The position numbers were made by a program, and so were the translations under genes. A DNA stretch of 64,000 nucleotides. Source: Felis catus. Taxonomy: Eukaryota. The stretch lies in assembly GCF_018350175.1 (NCBI RefSeq), contig NC_058383.1, positions 21,206,001 through 21,270,000 of the forward strand, in the 5' to 3' direction. The notes under the pieces were generated by a model. That model saw only the letters and a list, made by a program, of their open reading frames with translations, did not search any database and was not told where the DNA came from. Numbering within the stretch: the first letter of the stretch is position 1; each line of letters begins with the position of its first letter. This document shows positions 10,162-23,410 of this stretch, piece by piece.

Positions 10162-10206
<45 letters not shown>
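9939..10206. repeat. Compound (TATC)n...(GATA)n microsatellite with an orientation switch
   Basis: The left arm is TATC repeats and the right arm is GATA repeats, with the switch near 10030. Confidence 0.95.
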
Positions 10207-10207
<1 letters not shown>

Positions 10208-12859
10208 TTTTAGAACATCATATTTGCAGATTGTGAGTTCTTCCTGGAAAAAACTTCCCACACGTCACCATCTCTTAGCACAGAGGTTGATCTGGAGAGA
10301 GCATCGATCAATGTCGGTTGAATTAACATTCTATGAAAGCACAAACACAACAGGAAGAAAAAATATACATTACTCTCAGATAAAAAAAAAGGGGCTTAAG
10401 ACCTGAGCATTGGGGGTGGGTGGCAGGTGGGCATAAAAACATAAACTAAAATGGAAGAATTCCCTCAAAGCGCAAACAGCTGCCCAGTGGAAAGAGGCTG
10501 CGAGGGCAGAGAGAGGAAGGCTGGTTTTACTTACCTGAATGCAAGCCTTGGGCAGGAGGAAAACGGCTTGGGGTGCTGGGGAGAAGGCACAATTCTAGGA
10601 AGAAAGGAAAAGAAATCTGGCTTTGAAACAAGGGATCCAGAGCGAAAGAAGAGTTAAAATATTTATAAGAAGAAAAGCACATGGTACATTATACGTTAAC
10701 CAACAGGCCTCGCAGCCTTTGAGCAAATCTCTGGAGAGCAATTTTTGAAGTTCTCTGTGCAAAGGCAGAGTGTACACATCTCCGGGTTGATGCGCAATCT
10801 CTCTCCCCAACAAAACTGAAAGCTCGCCTCGAACATGGTACATATTTGTCCTTGCCGTATCCAGCAAGGCCTTTTGCTGCGGAGCTAAAGAAAAAAAAAA
10901 AAAAAGAATGGAAAAGAAAGAGAAATCCTATTTAACCAACTCACAGAGGTTATCTCCTGATAATTGAGCTTGGAAAGAGGCAAGATGCCTCCTCTTTGCC
11001 AAGGTCACGGATGACTCTTGGCTAGATATCGGGCAAGGGGGCGGGGGGAGGTTTGGGGGGTTGTGCAATGCAGGGGAAGTGGCTTTGCTCAATCATGGCT
11101 GTTTCAGAACCATTTTAAAGAGAATGCCTTCCTTGTGGAATGCTTAATAATCTTCGGAGCCAAGGGGATGACAGCTAAGATTACAAACTCAAAAAAGAAG
11201 CCAAGAAAAACCAGCCTGCCCCGGCCCTCGTGTTTCTGTAGCCATTAATCCCAGAGACACCACCTGGGGAAGGCTGGTGCTTGACAGAACAAAAAGAGAA
11301 AACCAGGCCCTCGAGTCACTTATTGGAGGGAATGGATGCATGTAAATGAGGCAGATCTGGAGTAAAATTGCAGAAGATCCAGCCCAATGATCTGGTACCT
11401 TCCACACAACACTGTGCCCATCCCCCCTCCGTACATGGGTTAACGCGAAAAGAAGGGAAATAATGTTCTTTCAATGTTTACAAAAGTCTCAGGGACTTCT
11501 ATATATTTTGTTTCATTTCATTCTTACAAGAACCCTGTCGGGCAGGCATGATTATCGTCAGCGTCTAGTTGAGAAAAATAAGTCTTAGAAAGATTTCCTT
11601 CTCAATGCCACGCAAGTAGGACGGAGGGGGCCTGGATGGAAACGCAGACTTCTTCGTTCAAGAAATACTTCTTATTTATCTATATTACACCGTCTAGATC
11701 CTGGGTTCGATAATAAGGATTCAAAATCAGAAAGATACCATTTGAAAGACTCAGGGAACTAAATAGTCTGGAAGAGACACAGACACCTAAAGAATTACGG
11801 GGCGATGTAATATATTGAGTTAAAATTGAGGTCTGCACGAAATCCGGGAAATGAGCCTACTTTCCGACAGTGAGACACCAAAATGGCCTCCTAAGATGCC
11901 TCCACCCCACCGTTACGTTCTAACCTAAGTCTTGGGTCTTTCAATCAAGTATGTGCAGAAGCAAATGAGTGCACCGAGTATTTGTTGAGCACTTACTATG
12001 AACAGATCCAGACGGGAGGGTGGAATAAAAAAGAGAGAGGACCAAACAGTTGGATCCCATCCTATATAAGCACGGGCCTGGGATTCACTGCAGAAGAGAA
12101 AGAAGGGACAACACCGCCACGCGCATAACATCTTAGAACGACCACGCACCCTGGTACCAGCCACCTGATCAGATGTAGGGACGCTCAGCAAGAGGAGTAT
12201 GTCCATTCTTTAAAGGTGGCAGAGCACAGGGCAAACGCCAGGACTGGGAGTAGACTTGCCATCTCCCAAAGTACCCCCAAAATGGAAGCTGGGAGAGGTT
12301 CTGTTGTTTGGGAGGGGAGAAGTTCAGGAGCCCTAACACACTGGAGAAGGTGAAATTTAACAAATGGTGGCAGGAGGCAAAGTTTCAGCAGTGCTAACAG
12401 GGAATCACATGGAGTTTCCTCGATGAATTCTTGGGTCCACACCAGCTCCCCGTGCCTTCCTTTTTTCCTGCCTCAGATCTGCAAACCCCTTCCTCCTGAG
12501 GAACAATGACCTCAGACGTGGCTCTTGCTACCAGTGAAGACAGCCCCCACAGGACTCTCTCATTCAAAGGACCTTCCCGATAACTAAATGGAAAACGAAC
12601 AGCATGAAACTGAGCACCCCCCTCACCAGGGCTTTCCTCAACTCCAGCTGAGCCTTGCCCCAGCTACTCTGCCCTCCTTGTCTCGTTTAACTCCTGTCCT
12701 TCGTCCCACCAAACGTGTCTCCCCAACTTATGCCCCAGTACTGTGAACCTGGGATGAAGTAGCTTGTTTCCCGGTGCTATCACGTGCTGGCTGCGTGGCC
12801 ACAGAAACGGATTCAACCTCTTGGAACCCGCGCGTCCTCATCCGTAGAAGGGAATTGTT

Positions 12860-13310
12860 TCAACGTAGCCTTTTCTCTATCCTCGATAAAATACTCCAAA
12901 ACACGGTGGCTTAAAGCAACCGCCATTTCTTAATTCATGGGTATGAGCTGGCAGTTGGGGTTATGCTCATCTGGGCAATTCTTCTGGTCTTAGAGGAGCT
13001 CATTCATCCATCCAGGGTCAGCTGCCAGCTGTTTGGGATTGGCAGGCTGTCAGCGAGGACAGCCAGGGGCAGCCAAGCTATGAATATCTCATCGTCTGGC
13101 AGGCTGGCCTGGGCTGGTTCACATGATAACCCAGGTTTCCAAGAGGAGCAAAAAGACAGGTCCTGGTGGATGAGGACTTTTCGAGTCTCGGCGTGCATCC
13201 AGCCTGTTAGTATCCCATTGCTGGAAACAGTCACATGACTTAACCCAGAGTCTGTGGGAGAGGGCGCCACCCTATGGCAGGGCCAATGGACAAAGGCCAA
13301 TTTTGCACAC
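12860..13310 (-). mobile_element. MaLR MLT1 LTR relic
   Basis: CCAAAACACGGTGGCTTAAAGCAACC...CCCATTGCTGGAAACAGTCACATGACT is MLT1-like. Confidence 0.65.
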
Positions 13311-13319
13311 ACCCCCACT

Positions 13320-13508
13320 GCCAGGAAATACGTGATAACGTTTGGAGACGTTTATAGTTATCGCAACGGGCAGGAGGGTAGTGCTACCGGCATCTAGCGG
13401 GTAGAGACCAGAGATGCCGCTAAGCATCCTAATGCACAGGGCAGCCCCCACAGTGAAGAGTTATCTGCCCCAAGATGTCAATGGTGCCGGAGTTAAGAAA
13501 TTCTGCTC
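13320..13508. mobile_element. MER20 (hAT-Charlie MITE)
   Basis: GCTACCGGCATCTAGCGGGTAGAGACCAGAGATGCCGCTAAGCATCCT...CAAGATGTCAATGGTGCCGGAGTTAAGAAA matches the recalled MER20 consensus. Confidence 0.8.
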
Positions 13509-15731
13509 TAGTGAGTATTGTAGGTGCAATTCAGTATGATGGTTGGTACATGGTAGGTTAGTAGATTCCTAAACGACACTGCTTGACTCCACTTGTGTCA
13601 CTTTTCATCCCCATGGGCCAGTGCCTCACCTCTGAAACAGAGCTAACAATGGCTCCCACCTCATAGGATCGCTGTGAAGGTGAAAAAAAAAAGTCACTAC
13701 ATATAAAGTATTTAGGAAAGTGCTTGGCATTTAGCAAAAGCGCTATAAACGAGCCATTGATGTATTAAGAAGCCACGTGCATTGTAACTGCACTCTCCAG
13801 CCCGTCTCTGAAAACCTTCCCAGCCCCGCTCATACTTCGCGCTCATGATGATCAACCACTGTGACGCCAGAGAGCTTGGGTTCCTCGGCCTGAATCCTGA
13901 CTGCCAGTGGCTTAGGTGACAGGATGCTAGGTGATTAAGGAGAGATGCGGTACATTAATCATTTCATATTTAGAAGAACCTTATGAACCCGGTACCACTA
14001 TTTCTCAGGCAAAGCTTTAGAGGGTTCATGCACTTGCCCAAAGTCCCAGCCAGGAAGCAGAGAGTCACAATTCGCACCAGGCCCTGAAGCCTGTGCCTGA
14101 CACGTCTTGAGGAGCTACCACCTCTCAGCACCATCGCTAATGGATTCGGCGCGTCAACCCCTGCCCTTCCATCTACGAAAAGTGAATTCGCAGGCGGGCG
14201 TGAAATGCCATGCTACCACTTAGGGGTGGGGGGAATCTGAGAACAGAGCGCAATCCCTCTGAGCCATCATATATAAAAAGACCCTCAACTTCACTGATCG
14301 TCGACATCCAACAATATCTAAAGACCCTGTAACATGGAGGAGGTCCAGCACCTAAATTTCGGGGAGTGAAGATCTCCTTAGAATGCCTTAGAAAAATCCA
14401 TACGTGAAGCTGGACGTAGTGACTGTGAATAATGTACAAAGGGTCGCTTGGGCATCCTTGAAATTCCTCCCTTTCTAGTCTGACCTTGCCCAGTTATGGG
14501 GGTTTACGGAGCAGGGTTGATGGCCAGGTATGTATCTGCAAACTGCCAGGCGGACATCCACGAACCATTCGGCTGTGTCTGGGTCACAGCGCGAACGTGA
14601 GAGGAGAGAAAAGGTCATTTAATAGGGCTATTGCCCTCTCGGCTTCGCTGGTTCAATATGTTTCTCAGCATTCTCAAGAAACTAATATTCCCCTGCTTGC
14701 TCTCTGCGCTGAACTCTTTGGGCAGCTATGACCTCTTAACTGTTTCTTGGTGGCTGCAGGTGAACCTCACTTCTTCCTACTGTCTTCCCTGGGAGCCTTT
14801 CACTTCTCTTTGATTCTCCAGAACTGTGCTGATGTAGAGGAAGCCCTGCTCTCAAAGTAAGAATTCCTGGGTGTAGATGAGCCCTAACGGGGCAACTCTG
14901 GAAAATTACTAAAATCCTCTGCGCGATGGTTTCCTCATTCGGAAAACGGGAAGCTCATAATATCAATGTCAAGAGCCAATCTGAGAATAAAATTGGTTTA
15001 GGTCGTATTAAAGTGCATTATAATGTATATAATATATAACGTGCTGTTGTCATTCCTTACCTAGGTATCGCTTTGGGGGTCCTTTGTTAAGCCTCTCTGA
15101 GGTACTGCGAACGGATAAAGAACGTACATGCATTATCCCATCTCACAAACGACCCTGGGACACAGGACCCATTATTGGCCCCATTTTAGGGCAAAGGAGA
15201 CTGAGGCTCGCAGAGGTTGAGTAGTCTCCCAAAGCCAGTAGATGGCAGAGCCAGTGCGTGAACATGGGTGTACCTCAGTGCCTAACACCACATTCTTACA
15301 CCACGATATGGTCTCCCCCAAACAGAAAAGAGGGTGAAAAAAGACAAGGAGGGAACCAAAGTTATTAGCATTGAGATGACTGTGCCTTCTATCGGGTTTT
15401 AGAAAAATGATATATGGTAAGCAAGACACCGACTGTGTAGAGTCTATCAAATTGCAAAATTATTTATAATCTTCACAACAACTCTATGAGGTAAATATTT
15501 TATCTCCTTTGGACAGCTGGGAAATCGAGGCTCAGGGGTTTAAGAAATACACCTCCAAAAGCAGCACTAGTAAATAAAGGAATCGAGCCTTGAACCCAAG
15601 TCTTCTGGGACCAATTCCCGCCATCTTTTCCACTGCTCCGGTGTGAATTTGAAGCTTGCCAGCTGTGTGACCTTGGACAAGCTACTTAACCTCTCTGGGG
15701 CTCAATTACCTCCTATTTAAAAGAAAGGCAT

Positions 15732-15933
15732 TTTTTAAAAAAAGTTTATTTACTTTGAAAGAGAGAGAAAGGGAGAGAGCGTGAGTGGGGGAGGGACAGA
15801 GAGAGAGGGGGAGACAGAGAGAATCTGTCAGCTCAGAACCCAACGTGGGACTCGATCTTAGGAATCGTGAGATCATGACCTGAGCCGAAACCAAGAGTCG
15901 GATGCTTAACCAGCTGAGCCACCCAGGCGCCCC
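15732..15933 (-). mobile_element. Can-SINE
   Basis: Reverse-strand SINE with TSD-like GAA(A)GGCAT(A)TTTT flanks. Confidence 0.92.
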
Positions 15934-16117
15934 AGGAAGGCATATTTTAAGGAGGAGGTCCAGGAAGATAAAGTAACATGAAGCATGGAAAGTTCCCAAA
16001 CACAGCAGGCACTCAACAATTGACAGTTGGGATTATTATACCGTGTCATCCCAGTGTGTTAATACCTCGTTTTCGTAACATGATCCTAATGAAAAAATTC
16101 AGCTTTTTCCCCTTCCT

Positions 16118-16685
16118 GTGTAGGCAAAACCCCAGTTCGTTCTTCCCTACTACGACTCTCTTCCTTGAGTGTCTCCTTTACTACTAACGCAGAACACTTC
16201 ACTTCTGACACTCCTGGTCATAAATGATATAGATGAACACCCAGGTGGAAGAGATACGTAGGTCAAGGTCTGGGTCCCAAGGGCAGGAGCTTCTGTCTCT
16301 GTGGAGTTGAGGTGCATCTTCCTCCTGGTGTGGATGTGTTCCCAACCTGGATGCTCCCCCAAACACAATATTATTGGGATTTTATGAAGGCTTCCTCATG
16401 TAGGCATGATCAATTATTAGCTAATATCTAGCCCCTCTCTCCTCTCTGGAGGATGGGGGTGGGGCTGAAAATTCCAAGCTTCTAATCATGGCTTGGTCTT
16501 TCTGGTGACCAGCGCCATCCAGGGACCATCCAGGAGCCCACCCAGAGTCACTTCATGAGAACAAAAGATGTCCCTAGTGCTCTTATCACTTGGGAATTTA
16601 CAAGGGTTTTAGGAGTCCTGTGCTAGGAACTGGGGGCAGGGACCAATATATATATATATATATTTTTTTTTTCTATTATCTCATA
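16118..16685. mobile_element. ERVL-type solo LTR relic (MER21/MER77-like)
   Basis: TGTAGGC...AGAACACTTCACTTCTGACAC...GGGCTGAAAATTCCAAGCTTCTAATCATGGCTTGGTCTTTCTGGTGACCAGC. Confidence 0.65.
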
Positions 16686-16742
16686 GCAATTAACATCTTA
16701 CACATTGTGTTTAATTTTTTTCTTAAAGTCTGATTTTTAAAA

Positions 16743-16956
16743 ATTTTTTTTTTCAACGTTTATTTATTTTTGGGACAGAGAGAGACAGAGCATGAACGGG
16801 GGAGGGGCAGAGAGAGAGGGAGACACAGAATCGGAAACAGGCTCCAGGCTCCGAGCCATCAGCCCATAGCCCAACGCGGGGCTCGAACTCACAGACCGCG
16901 AGATCGTGACCTGGCTGAAGTCGGACGCTTAACTGACTGCGCCACCCAGGCGCCCC
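16743..16956 (-). mobile_element. Young feline SINE
   Basis: CpG-rich, with a perfect TSD TTAAAGTCTGATTTTTAAAA at 16723-16742 and 16957-16976. Confidence 0.96.
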
Positions 16957-17332
16957 TTAAAGTCTGATTTTTAAAATTTTTAATAGTTACTACCTTCATA
17001 TGGTTCAAGTTTCAAAGGAGTAAAAATGTTCTTTTTCTAGTTTTATTGAGATGTAATTGACATAACATTGTGTAAGTTTAAGGTATATAATGTAATGAGT
17101 TAATATGTATATATTGTGAATTCTGATGGCTGCAATACGGTTAGTGAACACATCCATCACCCAACAAAGTTACATTCTGTGTATGTGTGTGTGGTGAGAA
17201 CTTTCCAGATCTACTCCCCTACCTGCTTTCAAGTATACACTATTGAATTTTGTTAGCTATAGTCACCACGCTAGGTATTACATCCCCATAACTTACACAT
17301 TTCGTAACTGGAAGTTTGTACCCTTCGACCAC

Positions 17333-18150
17333 TGTGGAGGAAAAAAATTTTTTCCCTTTACCCTTCAAGTTTCTTCTAGAATTAAATTTAAAACATTTTT
17401 TAAAAAGAGGGGGGCACGTGGGTGGCTCAGTCAGTTAAGCCTCCAACTCTTGATTTAGGTTCAGGTCATGATCTTATGGTTCATGAGATTGAGTCCCAAG
17501 TAGGGCTCTGCACTGACAGCACAGAGCTTGCTTGGGGTCCTCTCTCTCCCTCTCTCTCTGCCCCTTCATCGCTCTCTCTCTCTCTCTCACTCTCTGTCAA
17601 AGTAAACAAATAAATATTTTTTAAAGAATCAAATTGACATGAGACAGAATAACAGAAGAAGAAAAAAAAAAACCTTTGAATTGTATATGCATATGTATAT
17701 GCCCAATAATGAAATTGAGATCCAAAGAAATGACCAAGGCAGGCAGTGTTTAAACTTTTTAGACAAAGAGGCAGCACATCTGTGAGGAATTGACAGGACA
17801 GAGAAAACTTATGCTTGGGAGCTTCAATTAGTCAGGAATGCTAAATAGAATTGGGGCTAGGGTAGAAAATCGGTAAAAGTAACAAGGTTTGTTTATACAG
17901 CCTTCTTGGCTCTGAATTCCCTATCTCCCACGAAAAGGAAATATCTTTACCTCCTGGTACGGGGAGTGGTGGGGGGCGGTGGAGGGAGGGGAGGTATTTT
18001 TCCAATGGGAGGTTTGTATCCTGCTTTCTGGAGACAGAGGGGAGTCACAATGCTTTTCTTGCACCGGCTGGTCCTTAAGTAACTTCAATTCAAAATAAAC
18101 AACTTGCCAAAGTGGCACATTTTGGGGTGTCCCTGCTCTTGGCCCCCGTA
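17333..18150 (-). mobile_element. ERV1-type solo LTR (MER34-like) nested in the L1 3'UTR, itself containing a SINE at 17408-17616
   Basis: It interrupts the L1 3'UTR. The minus strand starts ...ACACCCCAAAATGTGCCACTTTGGCAAGTTGTTTATTTTGAATTGAAG, a MER34-class start. Confidence 0.65.
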
Positions 18151-21100
18151 TCACTTGCATCCATTTCTCCCACATACCCCCGCCCCTGGCAACCACCAAT
18201 CTGTTCTGTTTCTATGAACTGGGGTTTTTTGATTCCACATATAAGTGAGGTCATGCAGTTTTATCATTGTCTGTCTGATTTGTTTCACTTAGTATAATGC
18301 CTTGTCAAATATTACTTGACCATATATTCGTGGGTTTATATATAGGCTCTTGATTCTGTTCCACTGGTCTATGTGCCCGTTTTTATGCCAGTACCACACT
18401 GTTTTGATTACTATAGCTTTTAATATAGTTTTAAATCAGGAAGTGTGATGCCTCTAGCTTTGTTCTTCTTTTTCAGGATTGCTCTGGCTATTCAGGTTCT
18501 TTTGCGGTTCCATACTGATTTTAGGATTTTTTTTTCTATTTCTATAAAATACATCATTGGAATATTCATAGGGTTTGCATAAAATCTATAGATGACTTTG
18601 GGTAGTATGGATACTTGGATGACATTAATTTTTTTCAATCCATGAATAAGAGATGTCTTTCAATGTTTTTCATCAATGTCTTATAATTTTCAGTGTAGAG
18701 ATTTTTCACTTCCTTGGTTAAATTTATTCCTAAGCATTTTATTGTTTTTGATGCTATTGTAAGTGGGATTATTTTCTTTATTTCTTTTTCAAATAATTCG
18801 TTTTTAGAATATAGAAAAAAGCCTGATTTCTGTATGTTGATTTTGTATCCTGCAACTTTACTGACTTTGTTTATCAGTTCTAAGAGATTTTTGGTGGAGT
18901 GTTTAGGATTTTCTGTATATAGCATCATGTCTTCTGCAAACAGACAATTTTACTTCTTCCTTTCTGATTTGGATGTCTTTTATTTCTTTTTCTTGCCTAA
19001 TTGCTCTGGCTAGGACTTCCAGTACTATGTTAAGCAGGAGTAGTGAGAGTGGGCACTTTTATTTTGTTCCTGATCTTAGAGGAAAACTTTCACTTTCACC
19101 ATTGAGTATGATGTGAGCTGTGGGCTTGTCATATAGGGCCTTTATTAGAATGAGGTATGTTCCTTCTATACCCAGTTAGTTAGGTGGGGCTTTTTAACGT
19201 ATAAAATGAATGGCTATTGAATTTTGTGAAATGCTTTTTCTGTATCTATTGAGATGATTTTTATCCTTCATTTAATTGTGATGTATCACATTCATCAATT
19301 TCCCTATGTTGAGCCATTCTTTCATCCCAGGGATGAATTCCACTTGATCATGGTGGATAATCTTTTTAATGTGCTGTTGAATTTAGTTTAATAGTATTTT
19401 GTTGAAAATGTTTACAACTATATTCATCAGGGATGTTGGCTTATAGGCTGTTTGTTTGTTTGTTTGTATTTGAAACATTCTTACCTAACTTTGGTAACAG
19501 GGTAATTTTGGTCTATCAAGTGAATTTAGAAGTGTTCCCTCCTCTTCTATTTTTTAAAAAGAATTTGAGAAAGATTTTTATTAATTCTTTGTTAAATGAT
19601 TGGTAGAATTTACCAGTGAAACCATCTGGCTCCTGGGCTTTTCTTTAGTGGGGGTTTTTGATTAACGATTCAACTTCCTTATATAATATTGGTCTGTTCA
19701 GACTTTTTTTATTTCTTCCTGATCCAGTCTTGGTATGTTGTATATCTGTTTCTTCTAGATTCACCAGTTGGTTGGCGTACAATTGTTTATAGTAGTCTCA
19801 CGATCTTTTGTATGTCTGTGGCATCAGTTGGAATGTCTTCATTTTCATTTATAATTTTATGTATTGGCTTCTCTCTCTTTTTTTCTTGGTTAGTCTAGAT
19901 AAGCATTTATCAATTTTGTCTCTTCAAAAAACTAACTTTTAGTTTTGTTAATCGTTTCTATTGTTTTCCTATTCTCTAGGTTCATTTACTTCTGTTCCAA
20001 TCTTTATTAGCTCCTCCCTTCGACTAACTTTGGGCTTAGGGGGTTGTTTTTCTATTTCCTTGAAACGTAAAGTTGCTGGGGTCGGCAATCATTCCTGGTA
20101 GGGTGCGGTATCAGACTGTGCTCTCCCACCAGATGGTGCCACTGGCTGGACTCTGTGTTCAGACAGGGCTGAATACAGAGCTTTGCTGTCAGACGAGATT
20201 ACAGGCTATGCTCTGCAATCAGGCAGGCTTATAGGCTGGGCTCCACTGCAGGGCAGGACTATAGGCTGGATTCCAAGGCTGCCCAAGGTCACTCTTAAAG
20301 CTCCCTGGTTAGACAGGGCCAAAGCCTATTCTTAACAGTTGAGCAGGGCTTCTGGCTCGGATTTCTCCCCGAGTGTGGTTGAACCAGGGGCTCCATGGCC
20401 TTTGGCAAGGCCTCCTGGATGGCAGCACTGGAGGCTATACTCAGCAATTGGCGGAGGCTGCAAACTCACTTCCCTATCTGGGTGAGGCTCTAGAATGGGC
20501 CCCGTGGCCAGTATGGCTCATTGAGGGCTCATGTCAGGCACAACTACCAACTGAGTTCCCCCACCAGAAGGGGTCACCGGCTAGACTGCAAATGAGCAAA
20601 ACCACTGGCTGGGATCTCTGCTTGGGTTCCACTGCAAACGGAAATGCATTCCACTAAGATCTGAACACTGGTTGCTCTAAGTCCTATCTCCCTTCTCTGT
20701 TTCTATCTGATTCCGAGTAGTCAAGCCCTGCCAGTGATCCCCATGAAGTGAGACCCAAGTGGGCCTCCTGGGAAGTGTTCCACGATGCTGGGGAAGCTGC
20801 ACCTCTACCTTGGGCTCTTGTCTTTCCCACTGGAAAAGTGGTAGGCCCAGAGGGGCCCTTTTGGTGTGGTGCTGTGCAGGCCTGGGCGAAGGGTGATGTG
20901 GTCAGAGTGTAAACACCCTTCTCACGCTTCAAATGTGGTCCTTCTCCCTCCCTGTGGTCTAGGGGGGTGCTTCAGCCTCACCTCCAGATTCTAGGGCTTT
21001 CGCAGTGGTGATGTCTGTTGTCTTATCTATGGATAGTTGCTAGTTGGTCTTCTTGTGGGGAAGGCCGAAGTTGGAAACCACCTGTGTCATCATCTTGGTT

Positions 21101-22829
21101 ATGTGACTTACACATTGTGTTTAAAGATGTCATTTCAGTAAGCCTATGACACAAGCAGGGGTTACGGTCCCTTGTTTCTGATGATGACATCGAGATGACA
21201 CTTGCTCAAATCACATAAGTAGGAAGTAAAGGATTTATTTACCACTCTTTTGATGTCAGATGAAGGATCATTTCCACGGCACGGTGCCAGACGTTGAACA
21301 CAATACACATTACCTCTTCGTTCACTTATTTATTCAATACCTGTGGAGTTATCCCTCAGGTTTGAGAGTGAAAGTTGGGCTCAACTTTCTTCTCCCTTAG
21401 GGGTCACCTTCTTCGCCAGAAAATGGAGTTTCTTACTGGTGATTGAAGACGCCTTCCCAAGAGGCAAGAAAACCACTGATTAATTTAACAGACATTTATT
21501 GAGCACCTACTATAATGCCGAGACATAATACTAAGTGTGGGAGAAACAGCAAACATGGCCTCTGTGCTCTTGGAAAGCATCCAAGTGCAATGAAGTGTTA
21601 CACCTGCCTCCACACAAGTGCTAGGAAGGAAAAATGAGTCACCAAACTCCACCTAGAGGGGATGGGAAAACATCCATGGCAAATGATGTCTGAGCTGACA
21701 TGTGAGTGATAAGTCGATGTCAGCCAGGTAGTAGTTGTTCGAGCAAAAGAGAGTATATGCAAGGGAGAGGTGTGGCACAGAGGAAGAGTAGAAAGAATCA
21801 CTGGAAAGCCAGAGTACCGAAGCAGGGAATGCAGAAAGTTGGCCTAGAAAGGGAAGTAGGGGAGAATACCGCATACTGTATAAGCTGTGCCAAGTTCTAA
21901 CTTTATCTGAAATCCTTGAGGAATCATTCAGAAATTCTAAGAAAGAGGCAACCAAATCAGGATACTGGTTGGCTTTTTGGTATTATAGGACTATCACGAC
22001 GGTTGGCCAGAGGACGGATGCACTGGGGTATGGAAAAGACTAGAGAGAGTAAGACCGATTAGTGTTATTTGCAACAATTGAGGCCAGAGCTGACGGTGGC
22101 CTGGAGGTGGTGGTGAGGAAGGGGAAAAAAAAAAAAAAAAAAAAAAAAGATGGATTCCTGAGATATTTAGGGAAAAACATGAATAATGACCCGTGAGTTA
22201 CGCTGGTCATATTTTCATCTCTGCTGCTGCCCCAATATTTGCACGGGGCAAATGAACAGAGTTCAGTCCTTCGCAGACCTGACTTGGAATTTGGAGAGCC
22301 ACCAGAAGATGGGTGTTGGGGTCGGCTCCGAGGATCCTTCAAAAAGATGAGCTGTGACTGTCGAGCAGCTTTCCCACCAACCTACTGACAAGCATCCTAG
22401 CAAAGGGGCTGGTGGAAAAAGTGTGTAACAGACGCAAGGTCTCTATACACGGATGACAATTGACGCATCGGCACCGTTGTAGCAACAGGGCCAGCGGTGG
22501 TCCACAGCAAACACCTCGAGCATGGAATTGGCTAAATTGGACTCCTGACAGCTTCAGACGCAGAGGCAAAGCCTGCATCTCAAACAGAAGGGGGAGAATT
22601 GTCTAAATGCTTCGATTCTTGTAATTGAAGCAATCGCACATCATTTTGCATGCCAGCTTCCTGACAGGATAACCAGTTTGAGCTGAGTGTGGGAATTCAA
22701 TTATGTATCTTCTGTCTGAATCTTTGAAAGAAAACCACCCGACTGGCCTGTCAAATACCCAGCGTGTTTGCCTGTTGGAAATTGCTATCTCCTCCTGACA
22801 CAGAAAATGTCTCTGCAGAAGAAAAGCCT

Positions 22830-23400
22830 ATTATATTTTACAAAGCTAGCATAACCCTATCACAAAACTTGACAAAAAAGCATAAAGAAAGAAAAGCACA
22901 GACCAATTTTATCTATGAATATAAATGCAAAATTCCTAAATAAAATATAAGCATATGAAATGTAGCAGGGTAACACGAGAGGCTTTTCCATTAAAAATTG
23001 AAACAAAGTAGTATGCCCACTATGACCCTAATTGTTTAATATCACTCTAAATGTATGGCCAATGCAATAAGACAAGAAACATAAATAAATAAAGGACGCA
23101 ATTGTTGAAGAGGAAATGGCAACGTTTTTCATTATTTGCATTATCTACCTAGAAAATCCAAGCAAATTAACTGGAAGAAAAATCTTAGCACCCATAAGAG
23201 TTCATTCATTCCTCTTCTAGGAATTTAATCTGAAGAAATATTCAGAAAGTCAAAGATTTATGATAGAGTCCCATCCCAGTGTTATTTTTATTAGTGAAAA
23301 AAACTGAATATAATCCAAATATCTAAAGATAAGGGCCTGATCAAATATATTACTTTAGATCTAGATGATGAAATATAAAACAATTAAAATATATGTTAAA
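22830..23400 (+). mobile_element. Old L1M ORF2/3' remnants
   Basis: GACCAATTTTATCTATGAATATAAATGCAAAATTCCTAAATAAAATA and GCCAATGCAATAAGACAAGAAA are typical of L1 ORF2. Confidence 0.7.
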
Positions 23401-23410
23401 GAATATTTAA

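Larger units (their letters stand above)
16715..21106 (-). mobile_element. Internally deleted L1 (5'UTR-like end + ORF2 remnants + 3'UTR) with nested SINEs and an LTR
   Basis: An 18-bp direct repeat CTTACACATTGTGTTTAA sits at 16697-16714 and 21107-21124. RT remnant at 18635-18928 (MMLYTENPK...KVAGYKINIQKS...CLGINLTKEVKNLY). 3'UTR at about 17030-18300. Confidence 0.85.

Noticed and set aside
9974..10261. ORF with IYLS repeats
   Set aside because: It is a translation of the GATA microsatellite.
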